Shown here: positions 38,301-51,026 of the stretch, piece by piece
Position numbering within the stretch: position 1 is the first letter of the stretch
Layout of the letters: each line of letters begins with the position of its first letter
Assembly: GCA_030390025.1 (NCBI GenBank)
Contig: CM059426.1
Location: forward strand, 5,642,001 to 5,706,000
Length of the DNA stretch: 64,000 bases
DNA from: Squalus acanthias
Lineage: Eukaryota
Reading direction: 5' to 3'
Position numbers and translations under genes: made by a program
The notes under the pieces: model-generated
The model's database searches: none
Seen by the model: only the letters and a program-made list of their open reading frames with translations
Told to the model about the DNA's origin: nothing

Positions 38301-41007
38301 TCACTAAAATCATCATTTTAGATAATCGTGAAAATTGTATCAGCATAGAAGTTTCACTGCTATGTTTATTGAACATATACACCATTATTAGATTATATTC
38401 TTGCACAATCTTTTAAAAACATAATTTCACTTTGAAATCACACCCCTTTGAGCAAACAGAACGGTGATCATTTTGGGCACCACTTTTTCATTTGAAGGGA
38501 ATCTGGTTCCTATGAAGTGACAGAGAGCTGGAAATATTGATTAAAAGCACAGTGCACTTTACTTTTACAAAAGCTGTTGTATCTGAATGGCTGGTTAATT
38601 TTTGACAATGTGCTTAATGTGAAAGCCTCTGAGCTGCACCACAAAACCCTGAAGCAAATAGGCCTCCCCCCCCCCCCCACCCCCCCAACCCTGGGTAAGA
38701 GCATTTTAATGCCTCGTACGCTGTCTCAGAATACCATGGTCCTTTCCCTTGTAGTGATCTGCACTAAAGCAGTACGTTTCTTAAGCTCAGCGACGTGTTG
38801 TTTGGTAACACTGAAGATGCAGGACCACAGCTACAGAAATAACCAGATGTGCCTATACTTTCTGAATCTGAAGACTGGAAATATTTGCCAAACATGTTTT
38901 AAAGGGTAGGTGCTAAAGTATTTCTATTTGCATGTATGTACTACTGATGAATGTTGCATGTCATTAAGTGTCTGTTCTATGTATTAATTGCCCTTGTATA
39001 AATATTGATGGCAAAAAAATGTGGAACTCAGTTGGTCAGTGTTAATTTGCTTAGTTCTGCACCAATACTGGATGTTATTATCTGTTGGACTACATAATCT
39101 TACAATTTGCAGCATAGCAACATACAATGTATATTTGTTTTATTTTTCTAAAGTTTAAAACTTAAATGGCTCAAATAAGCAGTTTGGTCCCGATAAGTGC
39201 ATAACTAGTTCCCCCAGAAATGTTGTGCATGATCAGTACTTGGGTTACAGTAAGAACGGAAGGGAATGCTACATGGGAATTATGCTTGGATCAGATATGC
39301 ATTTTGTTTTTCTAGCTTGATCACAACCAAATTGTTTCTTCCTGTTTATGCAAAGTTCATGTATTTTATGATGCACTGCGCATTACCACACTTTTGGCCA
39401 ATTTTATTTATAATCAAGTATTTTCTGTTGATTAAAGAATCTCCACATTGAAAATACTATAGTGAAATAAATTGGATCCTTTATTTTTTAAAAAACCAGT
39501 TGATTCCTGTTGCAAAGTACATGTGTGCCAACATTAGATGAGGATAGGTTCAGAATCTGCTGTGCGACCCACCCATGATTGAATAGCCTGTTAATACCAA
39601 CTGCCTCGGTTCACAAATGGAGAATGGCCACTGAGGCGAGGTACCAAAGAGCTGCTCGTACCCTTGAAACTGTATCTTCTCAGGAGTCGCTTCTTTTAGA
39701 AGTTGCGTGAAACGAGAGGGGGAAGAAAAGCTAATTCTAAGCATGCATTCACTACCGTGCGCATTGTCGGTTGGTACATTACGCAAAATATTCTCTTTTC
39801 ATTCTGATTATGTTTTTTAGCCCATAGTAATTATGTTGAACAAAATTGCATGTTTGTGTTTGCAGTCTTTGGAGAACCATCTGTGAATACCAAATTTAGC
39901 CTGTTGCGACACTGTACCATTCCCATAAACTCCTTTGCTGATGAGATTCAGTTTTTAAATTTAATTAATTGATTCAGTTCTGTTAATTCTGTGCCGATCA
40001 GAATAGTCCTGCTGTATGTAAACCCATCTTCACTCCAAACAGTCCTACCTTCTAAAAAGTGTCTTCTGACCTACATTGCGGGCGCAAGTGAGGTAGATTA
40101 GAATATAATGAGGAACGAGATAGCCATGTCATTTGAAATAAACCCCATAGTGGTTATTAGATCTAAACTGTATATTCATGAAAAGCTGGTGGCACTTTAT
40201 GATTTTAGATAATTACCCCTTTTGTCTAAATGATGCTGATCAGCAAAAAGTTCAAGAATTCACCAAGAAAATGTACAGTCAGATAAATGTGGACAGTACT
40301 GTATGTGTTGTAAGATTCTAGGATCTGATAGTTTCATCAGTGTCCATCAGATCCATTCTTCTGATTGAGTGGTTATTGCCCTGTTCTTTCCTTTTTCCCC
40401 TTCCCGAAAAATTGGTTTCTAAAATGTATTTACTGTGGGGGTTTTTTTTCTAATTGAGTCAGACTGATAACTTAGTTGGTCATTTGTGAAAGAACCATCA
40501 ACATGCTTCTCTCTTGTTCTGTTAACTCAAAATACCCTCTAAAGCTATGTTGTTGTAGTGAATATTGTTAAAAGTTTGCTTTAAATATTTCATTCTGTTT
40601 ATAAAAAAAAAAAAATCTTTTCATCTGAATTTAAGATGATCAAGTATGGAGGCAAAAATTAACAGAAAGCTCAGGTGGGAATTAGTTGCTGTTCATTCAA
40701 TTGTATCAGCCCTGTGCAAAAATCATTGTACTTAAGTTGGGGTTTTCCTTTACCAACTTATTAATGCATTGAACATTACTCCAGTTGGTTAAACCTACCA
40801 CTAATTTATATATGTAATAAATTGATGTTTCCTACTTCATAACAATCATTAATGGCTGTGTTAAGCTTTGTCAACAGCACTTGGCCACCAAGTAATATTG
40901 AGTGGTGCAATCTGTTTTAAAGCCTTTATGTTTGTGTGTGCCCACACAAGCCTTCAAATATTTTTTCTTAGTACATAAGATGAAAGGATACATGCTGCAC
41001 AGGTATA

Positions 41008-41372
41008 CAGGAAACTCTCTTTTAACCGGCACCCAAATAACCGGAAATCTCTCTTAACCAGCAAAATTCTTGAGTAGGTAACCGGGGTTTTCCTTCATCT
41101 CTCCTCTAAAAATAACTTTAAAAAAAAACCCCGAGGCGTTTGCCTTGTATCGGAGCATGTAGATTGGGAGGGGAATGTGCAGCCCGGGTAGGCAGCGGAC
41201 ACGACAGATGGTCAGCTGGCGGTCCCCGGGGAGACGGAGCTCCGAATGCAGGCGCATGTCAGTGTGTACGGGGCTCTCGTACGTTGGGAGATATAACTCT
41301 CCATTATCCGGACTGTTTGATTAACCGGCACCACGCCGGTCCCGTCGGTGCCGGTTAATAAAGAGTTTCCTG
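41008..41372. mobile_element. Tc1/mariner (pogo/Tigger-like) MITE, 365 bp, with TA target duplication
   Basis: 26-bp TIRs CAGGAAACTCT(C/T)T(T/A)TTAACCGGCACC with TA on both sides; internal TAACCGG repeats. Confidence 0.9.
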
Positions 41373-44300
41373 TATTAAACAATTCAGGTGCAATTGGGTA
41401 TGTAATGCAGCAAAAAAGATGGGTATAAAGTTAGCTAACTTTTAAAGGAAGGAAATTGAGAAGTTTGCTGTGTTTTTAAAACTGGGTGTTTGTGTGTCTC
41501 CCCCTCCCTATTACCCTCCATCCCCAGTCTCCTTGGGGTGCTCACTACCAGTGTACAGGTGGGAGATCTGCTTCTCAAGCTGTCTCCCATTGCTGCTCTT
41601 TACTGATTACTGGGAAGAATCTTTTTCTTTTCCCTCCACTTCCCAGAAGGCCAACTGAAATTGGCAACACCACTGGGTAGGAGAGTGGGAGGGTGAATGC
41701 TGTCATGGTGCTCCAACACACGGTGTTGTCTGATTTTCAAAAGACATTTCTCATAGTAAAAGGTGGTGATTAGTGAAGAGAAAACCTTCCTTTGTTTAAC
41801 TGCCAGACAAGATTATTTTTAATGGTTGAAACAAAACCCCTCATGTTCAGCATCACAATCATCTTTTATTTACACATAATCCGAGGAGTAATGCATATGC
41901 AGTTGCACTATTGATGTATTTCTAGAACCATGAAATTGTATAACAGTGCATTTAGCAGTGAACGAGTTAAATGGAGAGTAATAAACACCTGAGAGTCACT
42001 TACAAAGCAGAAATCCCATCTCGGTTCAGTTTATCACCTAAACTGCAGGAATGAAATTTAAGCATTTGATCTATCATCTAATTGGCAAGATGATATTACT
42101 GCTTTGAAAGCCCTCTTGTGTACCCATTTGTAATATTTACCGTGGAGTTTGTGGGGCATTTGTCAGCGATGGGTAGACGTCTAGACATCAGCTAGTGCTC
42201 TCTCTGTAGTTTCATACATAATGATGTTCACATTGAAGAATTGCTTTTGTAATGCTAACAGTTTTCGATTTGGTAATCTACAAATTATTAGCAGGAAATA
42301 ACAGATAGATTAGATATCGGCTAGTATTGGGTTTAGTTAATACCACCTAAGTCCTTTTTGAATATTTTTCTATAGGAGAGTCTCTGTTTTCAGTGGTCAA
42401 TAAAAGTCCCTCTCCATACTAGTACTTTTTATGTGCTTATCTATTAAACAAAACCGATTTCTAATGCAAGAAGGATTGTCTTCCTCACACTCAACACTCA
42501 ATTATCGCCACTCCTAAAACGATCATTTACACAGTCCCTTAAGTCCCCTCCCTATTCTGCACATATTGTTTATGGATGTATCATCATGTTTCTTTTGCTG
42601 CTGTGACTCATTTCCATATATCTGCAGGGATCAAAATATTTGTAAAATCGTTGTTCCATAAGCTGTCATGCCAAGAAAAGTATAGTTTTTTTTCTTCTTG
42701 TGACGGTTTGAGATTATTAATGCATTTTCTACTTTCTTCAAACTTTTTTTCTTCCTCAAAATATATATATTTAAAAATTTTCTAATTGGAAGAAGGGTGA
42801 GACTTTTTACTTTTCTCTGAACCCCTGTGCGAGGATTTCAGTTTCTCATGTTCAAAATCCACAAGATTAATAGGAGTTTACTAGGTGATTAATTGTTCAT
42901 GGTGTACAGCCCAATTAGTCAGGGCTGAAGAAGTGAGAATCTCCTTAAAGTCCTTCTTTATAGAGATTCTCGCATTGTTTGAAGGGTATTCTTCATCCAA
43001 AGCGATCGTGTAATTAACTTAAAACAGAATTCTGCACTGGACAACCCTGAGGTCTATAAATCTCTACATCTCAAGTCTCTGGGGCACAAATTAGAGAAGC
43101 ACAGGCTAAGTAAGGCTGATTGTTTAGCTAGCAAACAGAAGTATCAACATATATGCACTTTTCTCATCCATCCTCATGAAAATGAGAAATGAAAACCAAT
43201 TGGCAGCCTAAGTCTGGGATTGGTAACCTGTTATTTGGCTCATGTGTGTGATGTAAACTTGTATCAGGCTTAAATTAATGCATGATGCTAGCACATTTCA
43301 CACCAGCCTGCCTTGATGAATGTTGTAAAGGATAAGCATTAGGAATTAACCATTAGCTATTCCCCTATGTGATTGCTGCATTGTGGATTTGAAGGGTTTA
43401 GGTACTTTACTAGCAAGTTCTAAAAATGGAGATGTAGGTTATAAAATGTACTGTCAACACTTGTGACTCTTGATGTTAATTTGTGAGAAATATAAAATGG
43501 AAAAAAATTAGGTTGCACCCAGTATCTAGGGGTAGATTGAAGATGTTCCACATGTGGGATAATTTACAACATGTACTTGTAGACCAATCTAGGATTATGT
43601 AATGCCTGATGAAATCCAATTATTAAAGGCAGTCAAGAGAAAGGTCTTTGAGAACAGTGATATCAGAGGTTGAAAAGGGATGAACCTTGCTTAAAATAAC
43701 AATGGCAGAGTAAATGAAGCAAGTTATCACTTTAATTTTCAGCGAGTTATACATTATTCAGGCAGCACAGAAAAGATATGTGAACTAAAATATGGTGGAA
43801 CTTATTTTATATATGCACTCTGCTGCAACCTTGAATAAAAATCTGAATTGGAGGAAGGTGGCGGAGTTCCCTCTGCTGCAGAGACCCTGGATCCTAAACT
43901 CCTTTCCTGGCGTTTTCACAAAACATGCCGAAATAACTTGGTCTCCTTATTTTAAAGAGTCCCACTCAAAACTGAGCACTCTAGAATCCACTAAACCATC
44001 TGTAAACAACTTGGACCTAAATATAGTCTTTGTCCCTTCAGTAACATTTATTGAAAGTGGATCAGACTCACTAGGGGCTTTGTTTGATCCAACTGCAGGT
44101 CTTTGCGATATCCAGCAAAGTGGAAACTTTCCCCAATTATACTCTACAAGTGACTTCCTCCTCAGAGTGTTGGTGACAGCGAGATGCTTTCCAGCCCAGC
44201 TTTTCTGGCCCTTGCCCACCTGTATAGCCTAAGTGCTCTTCCCACATTTTATTAGATTGTCTGCCCTTTGGCTTATTTCAGATCCCTCTTCCTTGGTATG

Positions 44301-46179
44301 TTGGCCAAAGTGCACTGACTTCAGATGGGGGCTGCGTTTTACACTAGTTCTTTCCTCCCTTCCCATTCAATTCAGAATTTTGTTTTAAAACATTCAGATT
44401 GTGCTGTACTACAGATGTGTAATATGTGGATTTATGCCCTTGCCATACAGTGAGTTTTCCAATCTCAGCTGTGCTATTGTGGTTGGAGAAGTGCTGAGTA
44501 GAAGATGGAGGTATTGTAGTCCTGGTTTGCTTGGTCACCTTATAATATCTTATCATAGAGCGATAGGTCTAAGCACGTCTTTAGGTCGTCCTCTTCACTG
44601 GAGACGGTGAGGGCATAGGAGTGTCCAAATGGAAAAAGGAAAAGATAAAGGACTAACTTCAAAATAAAACGGCCCTGTATTATTATGTGCTCCTAAATAC
44701 AGATTTATGGGGCTCAGAAACTAGACTTCTGCTTTAACTGAACTTTTGTACAGTTTTCTCCAGTCAACACTGATGAGATTTTATTTTCTAAAATGTTTTT
44801 GTGGGGTGTTAAGTTTAGGTTGTACCAAGAATAGCCAAGCGTTCAGCCCTGGCACAAAGTGCCTATCTGAAAATAGCATGTAAACTCGTAAACCTTCAGT
44901 GTTCTACTATCTACCTGCCATCAGGTTGCCCACTTGGCTCAACAAAGACAATGTAGTCTGGGATGTGCTCTCCAAAATAAACAGTGTTATGTTATATTGC
45001 ATGTTATCTTATAAGAGACATGCTTAGTGGTGCAGAATAGTTCGCTCCTCTTGTCCTAATTTCTTCCTCTTTCCCTCCCCACGAATGGTATTGTGAGGTG
45101 TATTTTGACTAGGAACTGGTTAAGCTTGCCCGTTTGAATTCTAGCCTTGAACTCAAACTCTATCTGGGTTCCTCACATGGGAGTACCAGCTAACACCATC
45201 CTCATTGCTATTTCATATCTTTGAAGCAAATATACGGACAAGATGTGTGGCAACACATACTAAAGTGCAGTATGATGGGTATGCTAAGCAGTCACAACCA
45301 AATGTGCCTTGAAATTTTTGCTTTGCATCTTTGTACATAACTGCATATTAGGTGAATCTCACATAGCAACTAGAAAAGAGTAACTGAGGCTACATGTTGT
45401 TTTGAAATTGAGGGAAGATAATGGGTGCAAAGACTAGGTGGGGCACGTGCCTTATACAATTGGCCTAAGTCCTAAAATAGGGCCTGTGCTGATTTAACAG
45501 GGATGGGGGTGGGGGGTTGAATGATAAGATTGCAAAATCGAATTGTAAAAGATTCTGCCTTTTTTAATTTGCATAAACAAAAATTGTCAGGATATTGAAT
45601 GGTAAGGACTTCTTGTTTGTTCTTAGAAATTGTGTGTGTGTGTTGTCCTGCCCATAGTAAATACATTTAACCTGCCCTTTCATGCTGCCATTCTTGGTCA
45701 GTGGTAGCATGACCATGTATTGAAACTGCAGTTCCTAGTCAGACCATGCCTACAGTGCTGTCCACATTTAATGCTTTGTTTTCAGATTATCAGCAACATC
45801 TCTGGGAGTTACTGATGAATTTGCAAAGCACATTGAGCCTGAAAAGCTTGGTGTTTCTTTTTGACCTTCCCCATTGATGCATTTTAATTCAAAAAATTTC
45901 AGTAAAGCTATTTCACTGTTCTAGAAACTACTTCCTCGCTTGTGTGCATGCTGGAGGCTGTACTGCATTTAACAAGGCAATAGGTACAGGAGACCAATAA
46001 ATGGAGGAATAGTAGAGGCTCATCACTATAGAAAACATTGTAAAACATTTTCTGAATTATTTTAGTTAATCACTTGAAGTTATCACAATTCCCCCCCCCC
46101 CCCCCACTTTCTACCTCTTCCACCCTCCTTCCCTTCTGTACATGTAAATAAACTCATCCATTGTGTTGTGTGTTCTCAG

Positions 46180-46356
46180 ATGGACCTCCAGTGATAGCAC
46201 ACTATGATATTTCTGACACTAACTCCGACCCAGATGTACTGAACGTCGACAATCTTCTTGCAGCTGCTGCCGTCCAGGAGCAATTCTCTTTCGGACATCA
46301 CGAGTTTAAGGTGAACACGGTTAGGAACCGAGGACTGCTGGAACAATGCGTGGCAG
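46180..46356 (+). CDS. ARK2N: ARK2N internal coding exon (DGPPVIAHYDISDTNSDPDVLNVDNLLAAAAVQE...), 177 nt, phase 1-1
   Basis: Acceptor ttctcag|AT and donor GCAG|GTCAGT. The peptide matches the DGPPVVAHYDMSDTNSDPEVVNVDNLLAAAVVQE block of C18orf25. Confidence 0.95.
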
Positions 46357-46635
46357 GTCAGTCTAACAAGAAAAGTATTTGCCTTTTTTCCTTTGCCTCT
46401 GCATTATATGAAGTAATTTTGTTATAACTATACTAAGACATTCTGAGCCATTGTCCTACTCTATTTGTTCCCTGAGCTGGATTTCCCTGTCAGCAGTTTT
46501 GGTGATGACAATCTGTGACATGGAACAACTTGCATACTAACGTACAAAAAGAGAGTCAAAAAAGGGACATCAGGCTGCTCACATCCACCCCATCCAGTCA
46601 TTGCTGCAACCTTGTACACTCATCCCCTAACTTCC

Positions 46636-46690
46636 CTAAATTAGCCACAGGTTGTTTTGCCTGAGGCAAAACAACCTGTGGCTAATTTAG
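46636..46690. repeat. Perfect palindrome, 27-bp arms with a 1-nt spacer
   Basis: CTAAATTAGCCACAGGTTGTTTTGCCT-G-AGGCAAAACAACCTGTGGCTAATTTAG. Confidence 0.97.
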
Positions 46691-46799
46691 CAAAACCTCT
46701 AGGAAATTCCCTTCATCATAATCACAACTAATAAGCAACTTCCCCCCCAATAACTATATGGTCACGTTCCCTTTTTAAAGGACTACAGCAACTCCATGC

Positions 46800-47720
46800 T
46801 CGGTGTTGAAGTTTAGCAGTTTTAGCCAGAGGATGATGCTTCCTGAAAAAATAAGTATTTTCTGCCACCTAACCAAACTCTTTTGCCTATGGATTTCATT
46901 GACTTGACTTCCCTACCCATTTCAAATCTATCTAACTGGACTATATCCAATTAATTCATCACTTTAAAATTTCAGTCATATCCCTTCTGCCTATGTGCTT
47001 TTCCAGAACTAAATAACCTTAATTCTTGAAACCTAGCTGTACATATGATTTAGTGTCATTCTGGTCACCCTTCTCTGCACCTCTACATAGCCTTTATATC
47101 CTTCACCATATTGGGAACCAAAACTGGAGCACAATACTCCTGAGTAGGGATATACAGGACTATGCCAGGAATCCCTAATAACTGTCTCACTTTCCAAGTG
47201 TTCCTGTAACAAATCCCTTCCTACCACAGTGAAACTCATAGACCTATAATTTTCAGGGTCCAATTTCTTCCCCTTCTTAAATAATGGGATCACATGAATA
47301 ATCCTCCAATCCATGGGAAACAACCCAGACCTCAGTGAACTATTGAATATAGGAGACAGTGGTCACATAACTTCCCCCGTTTCCCTGCGCAAATGGCATC
47401 GGGACTTGTAGCAGTATCAAACTTAAGTGAATTAATCTTAGCCATTTCTGAAGTTATTTCTAATGAAACATTTTTAGCTACACATTTATCCTGTAATACA
47501 GAGGCAGTGTCATTGCCTTGAGAAGCGAAAACTGATGCAAAGTGTCTTTTTAGCTCATCAGCATATCTTTAATCTACAAACCTAACTTGTCTTGACAAAT
47601 CCTGCAGAGCACAAATGTGTTCCTTGATTGTTCTGACTTCTAACACAACTGAAAAATGCCTTGCTGTCACAAGTGCAATAGTCTTTTTTCCGAATGACAT
47701 CTGAGCATTCCTAATACTGG
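46800..47720 (-). mobile_element. Degenerate, internally deleted CR1
   Basis: Reverse-strand peptide FPMDWRIIHVIPLFKKGKKLDPENYRSMSFTVVG and EVQRRVTRM. Confidence 0.75.
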
Positions 47721-47747
47721 TTTTAGTTATTCTCCGCTGTTTTTAAT

Positions 47748-48489
47748 GGGCCAAAAATTGATGCCGCTACGCGAGAGTACGCACTGCGTACTCTCGCGTA
47801 TTCTCTCTCCAATTGCCGGTTTTCTGCATGCACTGCGCATGCGCTGAAAACCGGCACTTGGTCTTTGGAAAAGGGGGCGGTTCCTCGGTGCACCGCGTGC
47901 GCGCTACAGGCTGCGCGCACGCTGTGCACTTAGTGCTTTGGACGCGCAGGTAAGGACGGAAGATTTTAGAAATGAAAAAAGGAGGAGTAAGACCCACTTT
48001 TAACAAGGTAAGTAGTGAATTAAGTATTATTTTGAATTTTTTTTAACAGGTATATCTTTTTTAGAGACTTTAAGACAGGTAAGTTTATTTTTATAACTTT
48101 TTAAAAGATTTTAAATTTTTTCAAAAATTTAATTTTTTATTTAAAATGGTTAATTTATTTAACTATACTTATTTTATTAATGTGATGGTTTTTTTTTTAA
48201 TTTAATTGAGGTTTAGCTGTTATTTTGGGGGTGTGTAAGATTCATAGCTTTCACAGCACGTATGTGAAACTTATGAATGGAAGATGGTGTGCTGCCATTG
48301 GCTCTAACTGAGTCACGTGATCCCACAGCTCGCACGAATTCACTACGCCGGTGGGATACGCAAGCACTGCCCAGCTGATGTCTGGAACATCAAGTTCGTG
48401 CGAGCTGGATCTGAAAAAGCCAACGCGGAGTGAGAGATCGCGCCTGCTCCTTACCCCCGCGGGAACAGAGCGAGATCAATTTCTGGGCC
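47748..48489. mobile_element. Non-autonomous Harbinger-like element with 15-bp TIRs and a 3-bp TSD (AAT)
   Basis: Left GGGCCAAAAATTGAT; right (reverse complement) GGCCCAGAAATTGAT. AAT at 47745-47747 and 48490-48492. Confidence 0.75.
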
Positions 48490-48499
48490 AATACTTTTT

Positions 48500-48700
48500 A
48501 ACAAAGTATTTACAGCACAGAACCAGGCCATTTGGCCCAACAGGACCATGCTGGTGTTTATGCTCCATACGAGCCTCTCTCTTCACCAAACCTTACCTAC
48601 ATATTCTTCTATTCCTTTCTCCCTCATGTGCTTATCTAGCTTCCCCTTGAATGCATCTATGCTCTTCGCCTCAATTACTCCCCGTGCTAGTGAGTTCCCA
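48500..48700 (-). mobile_element. CR1 3' end fragment
   Basis: Aligns with 51250-51450. Confidence 0.8.
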
Positions 48701-48904
48701 TGGTCCTACTTTCATGACAATCCGACCGTTTATACATAATGAAATTAAGCTAAAAAGGTATTCCATCATGAATTACCCTATTTATGCATTTAGGCTTTAC
48801 TTTACCTTTAACACCCCTTTCCTTTATTACATTTCAGGGGCCCATTGGGTACAATTGAAGATGAATATGGATTTTCTGTATTTTATGTTCGTACCCATGG
48901 TCTA

Positions 48905-49170
48905 AATAGCTTATGCAATGAGTAATTGAGCCATCCAGAGCCAGGTTCAACCTCTGGTTTGTGCTGAGTTACTAATCTCAGCCAAAGGAGCAAGCAGGAA
49001 TGCTACAATTAATCTCGGTAATCTTGGGCTAGGGAGTGAAAAATTGCTCATGATCTTTTGTTGATCAGTATCCAGTGACCCCACTGCTGGACCTTTGTGT
49101 GAAAACGTACCCCAACACGAGGCAACAACTTTAGGAGAGTGGGCAGAGAAAAATTGGGGAGAAAAAGTGA
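48905..49170 (+). mobile_element. Old SINE family copy
   Basis: ggtttgtgctgagttactaatctcagcc...gggctagggagtgaaaa...tatccagtgacccc. Confidence 0.55.
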
Positions 49171-50204
49171 AGCTTACAACAGATTAAGGTGATTGACATC
49201 ATGATTCGCATGACAACGTTTCAAAGCAAAAATCTGTTATCATTGACCTGACTTTCATATCAGAGCCGGGTCCTTGCTCATCGGTGGCGGGTTCCATTGG
49301 GAAGATCTTTCAACTGCAGTGGGGGTGTAAAACGGACGGTAGTGGATCACTCGTTTTATGCCCTGCAAAAGTTGACAGTTCCGCCCATGGTTGCTGGAGA
49401 TAGGTTTCTTTGAAGTGTGATTTTCATTAACGTATGTGTGAAGAGAAGAAGGTGTTAGTTTAAACCACAAGCACATTTTGTTATGATATGAAATGGTCCA
49501 GAAATTGTTCTGTGAAAGTCATACCTTAATTTGGTAATGTAGCTTGATATAAAACGTGCCGTTCGCCCATTCCAGTGGTTGTGGTGTAGTACAGTTTATT
49601 AATTTTCTCGTCTGCACCTTCTTTGGCCAAGAGGACAGGCTGGGGACCTGCTTGCAGGCTTCGCTCAATGCCAGTTTATGGTTAACTGTTGGAAGGTGTC
49701 CAAGAGTGGGCCATGGTGACTGTCTTTTGCTTAATAATTCACCATGTGGGGAACTGTAAATGTAAACACAAGTTGCCCCATTTTTAAACACAGTGCATTG
49801 GACCCCAATGAGCTGCGTCGTTGTGCTGCCCTCACCCACACCGCACAAACTATTGTACAGTTGGCTACCAACCTCTATTGGTCAGTTTTGACAATTATGC
49901 GCAATATAGTGAATCCAAGTGTGATTTTTGTATATCTCAATCAATTACAGTACTAATTTAACATACGTGCATAGTGTTCGGAAAGTCACCATATGATCTA
50001 CTTGTACTAAGGACTATATTGGCGTTCTAATGCGCTGTGTTACGGAGAAGTGATTGCCTGTGGTTCACCATGCAGTGAATTGGTAGTCACATTCTTGGAG
50101 ATGCCAAGCACTTTTCCTGAGGGAGGAAGGAAGAGTTATTCTTGGCTTCCTTGCATAACTTCTATTAACTGGTTATGGAGTGTTAGGCCGAGTTCTGGAA
50201 AAAA

Positions 50205-50640
50205 GAAAACTTGCATTTAAATAGTGCCTTATCATATCTCTCAAGACATCCTAAAGTGATTCACAATCAATGAGTTCATTTCAAGCGTAGTTATTGTTGT
50301 TATGTAGGTAAAAACAGCAGTTGTGTATCAAGGCCCCAGAAACAGCAATGAGATGAATAACCAGTTAATCTATTTTGGTGTTGATTGAGAGAGGAATATT
50401 GGCCCGGTGGCCAGGACTCTGGGAGACCTTTTGCACCTCTCCAAATAGTGCTATAGGATCTTTAACGCTCACCTACGTAGGCAGATGGGGCCTTGGTTTA
50501 ATGGCTTATCTGAAAGATGGCAATGCAGCACACCCGAGAACTGCATTGAAATGTCAGCCTGGGTTAAGTGCTTGAGTCCTGGAGTGGTACTTGAACCCCT
50601 CAACCTTCTGACTCAGATGAGAGTACTTCCAATTGACCCA
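50205..50640 (-). mobile_element. Deu-domain SINE, diverged
   Basis: Collinear with 5780-6245. Confidence 0.8.
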
Positions 50641-50899
50641 AAGGTTTCCTACCTGTTCTTTTGACCGGGATAGTTTGTAGCACGGGGACACTATAGGAAA
50701 GGAATGAGGAAAAGTAAGGAACTGAGGCAGGAGCTGTGAGATACCAGAAATTGGATAGTTTGGGGAGTTTGGTAAGGAAGATTTTCTCTACATTTGAAAT
50801 GCTAATGATTATTCATTTTCAGGCGACAATGAATTTTGCCCAAGTAAAACATGTCTGAATATTCTTGCTAAGGTTGTGTTTGCTTCTGGTTCCTTGCAG

Positions 50900-51026
50900 G
50901 CCAAAAAGAAGAGAACTTCATAGCAGCTGATGGCTCTACAGGTTTCTCTGTACCAGTAAAGGAAGAAATCCAGATTGCATCCTCAGATAGCGAGGTCGAA
51001 ATTGTAGGAGTCCAAGAAGATACAAG
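50900..51026 (+). CDS. ARK2N: ARK2N internal coding exon (GQKEENFIAADGSTGFSVPVKEEIQIASSDSEVEIVGVQEDT), phase 1-2; absent from the ORF track
   Basis: Acceptor ccttgcag|GC and donor AAG|GTACAG. Manual translation contains the conserved IASSDSEVEIVGVQE SIM block. Confidence 0.95.

Noticed and set aside
43792-44232. 146-aa ORF upstream of the 46180 exon
   Set aside because: No recognisable motifs and no clear splice sites linking it to ARK2N; consistent with a chance ORF or old repeat.
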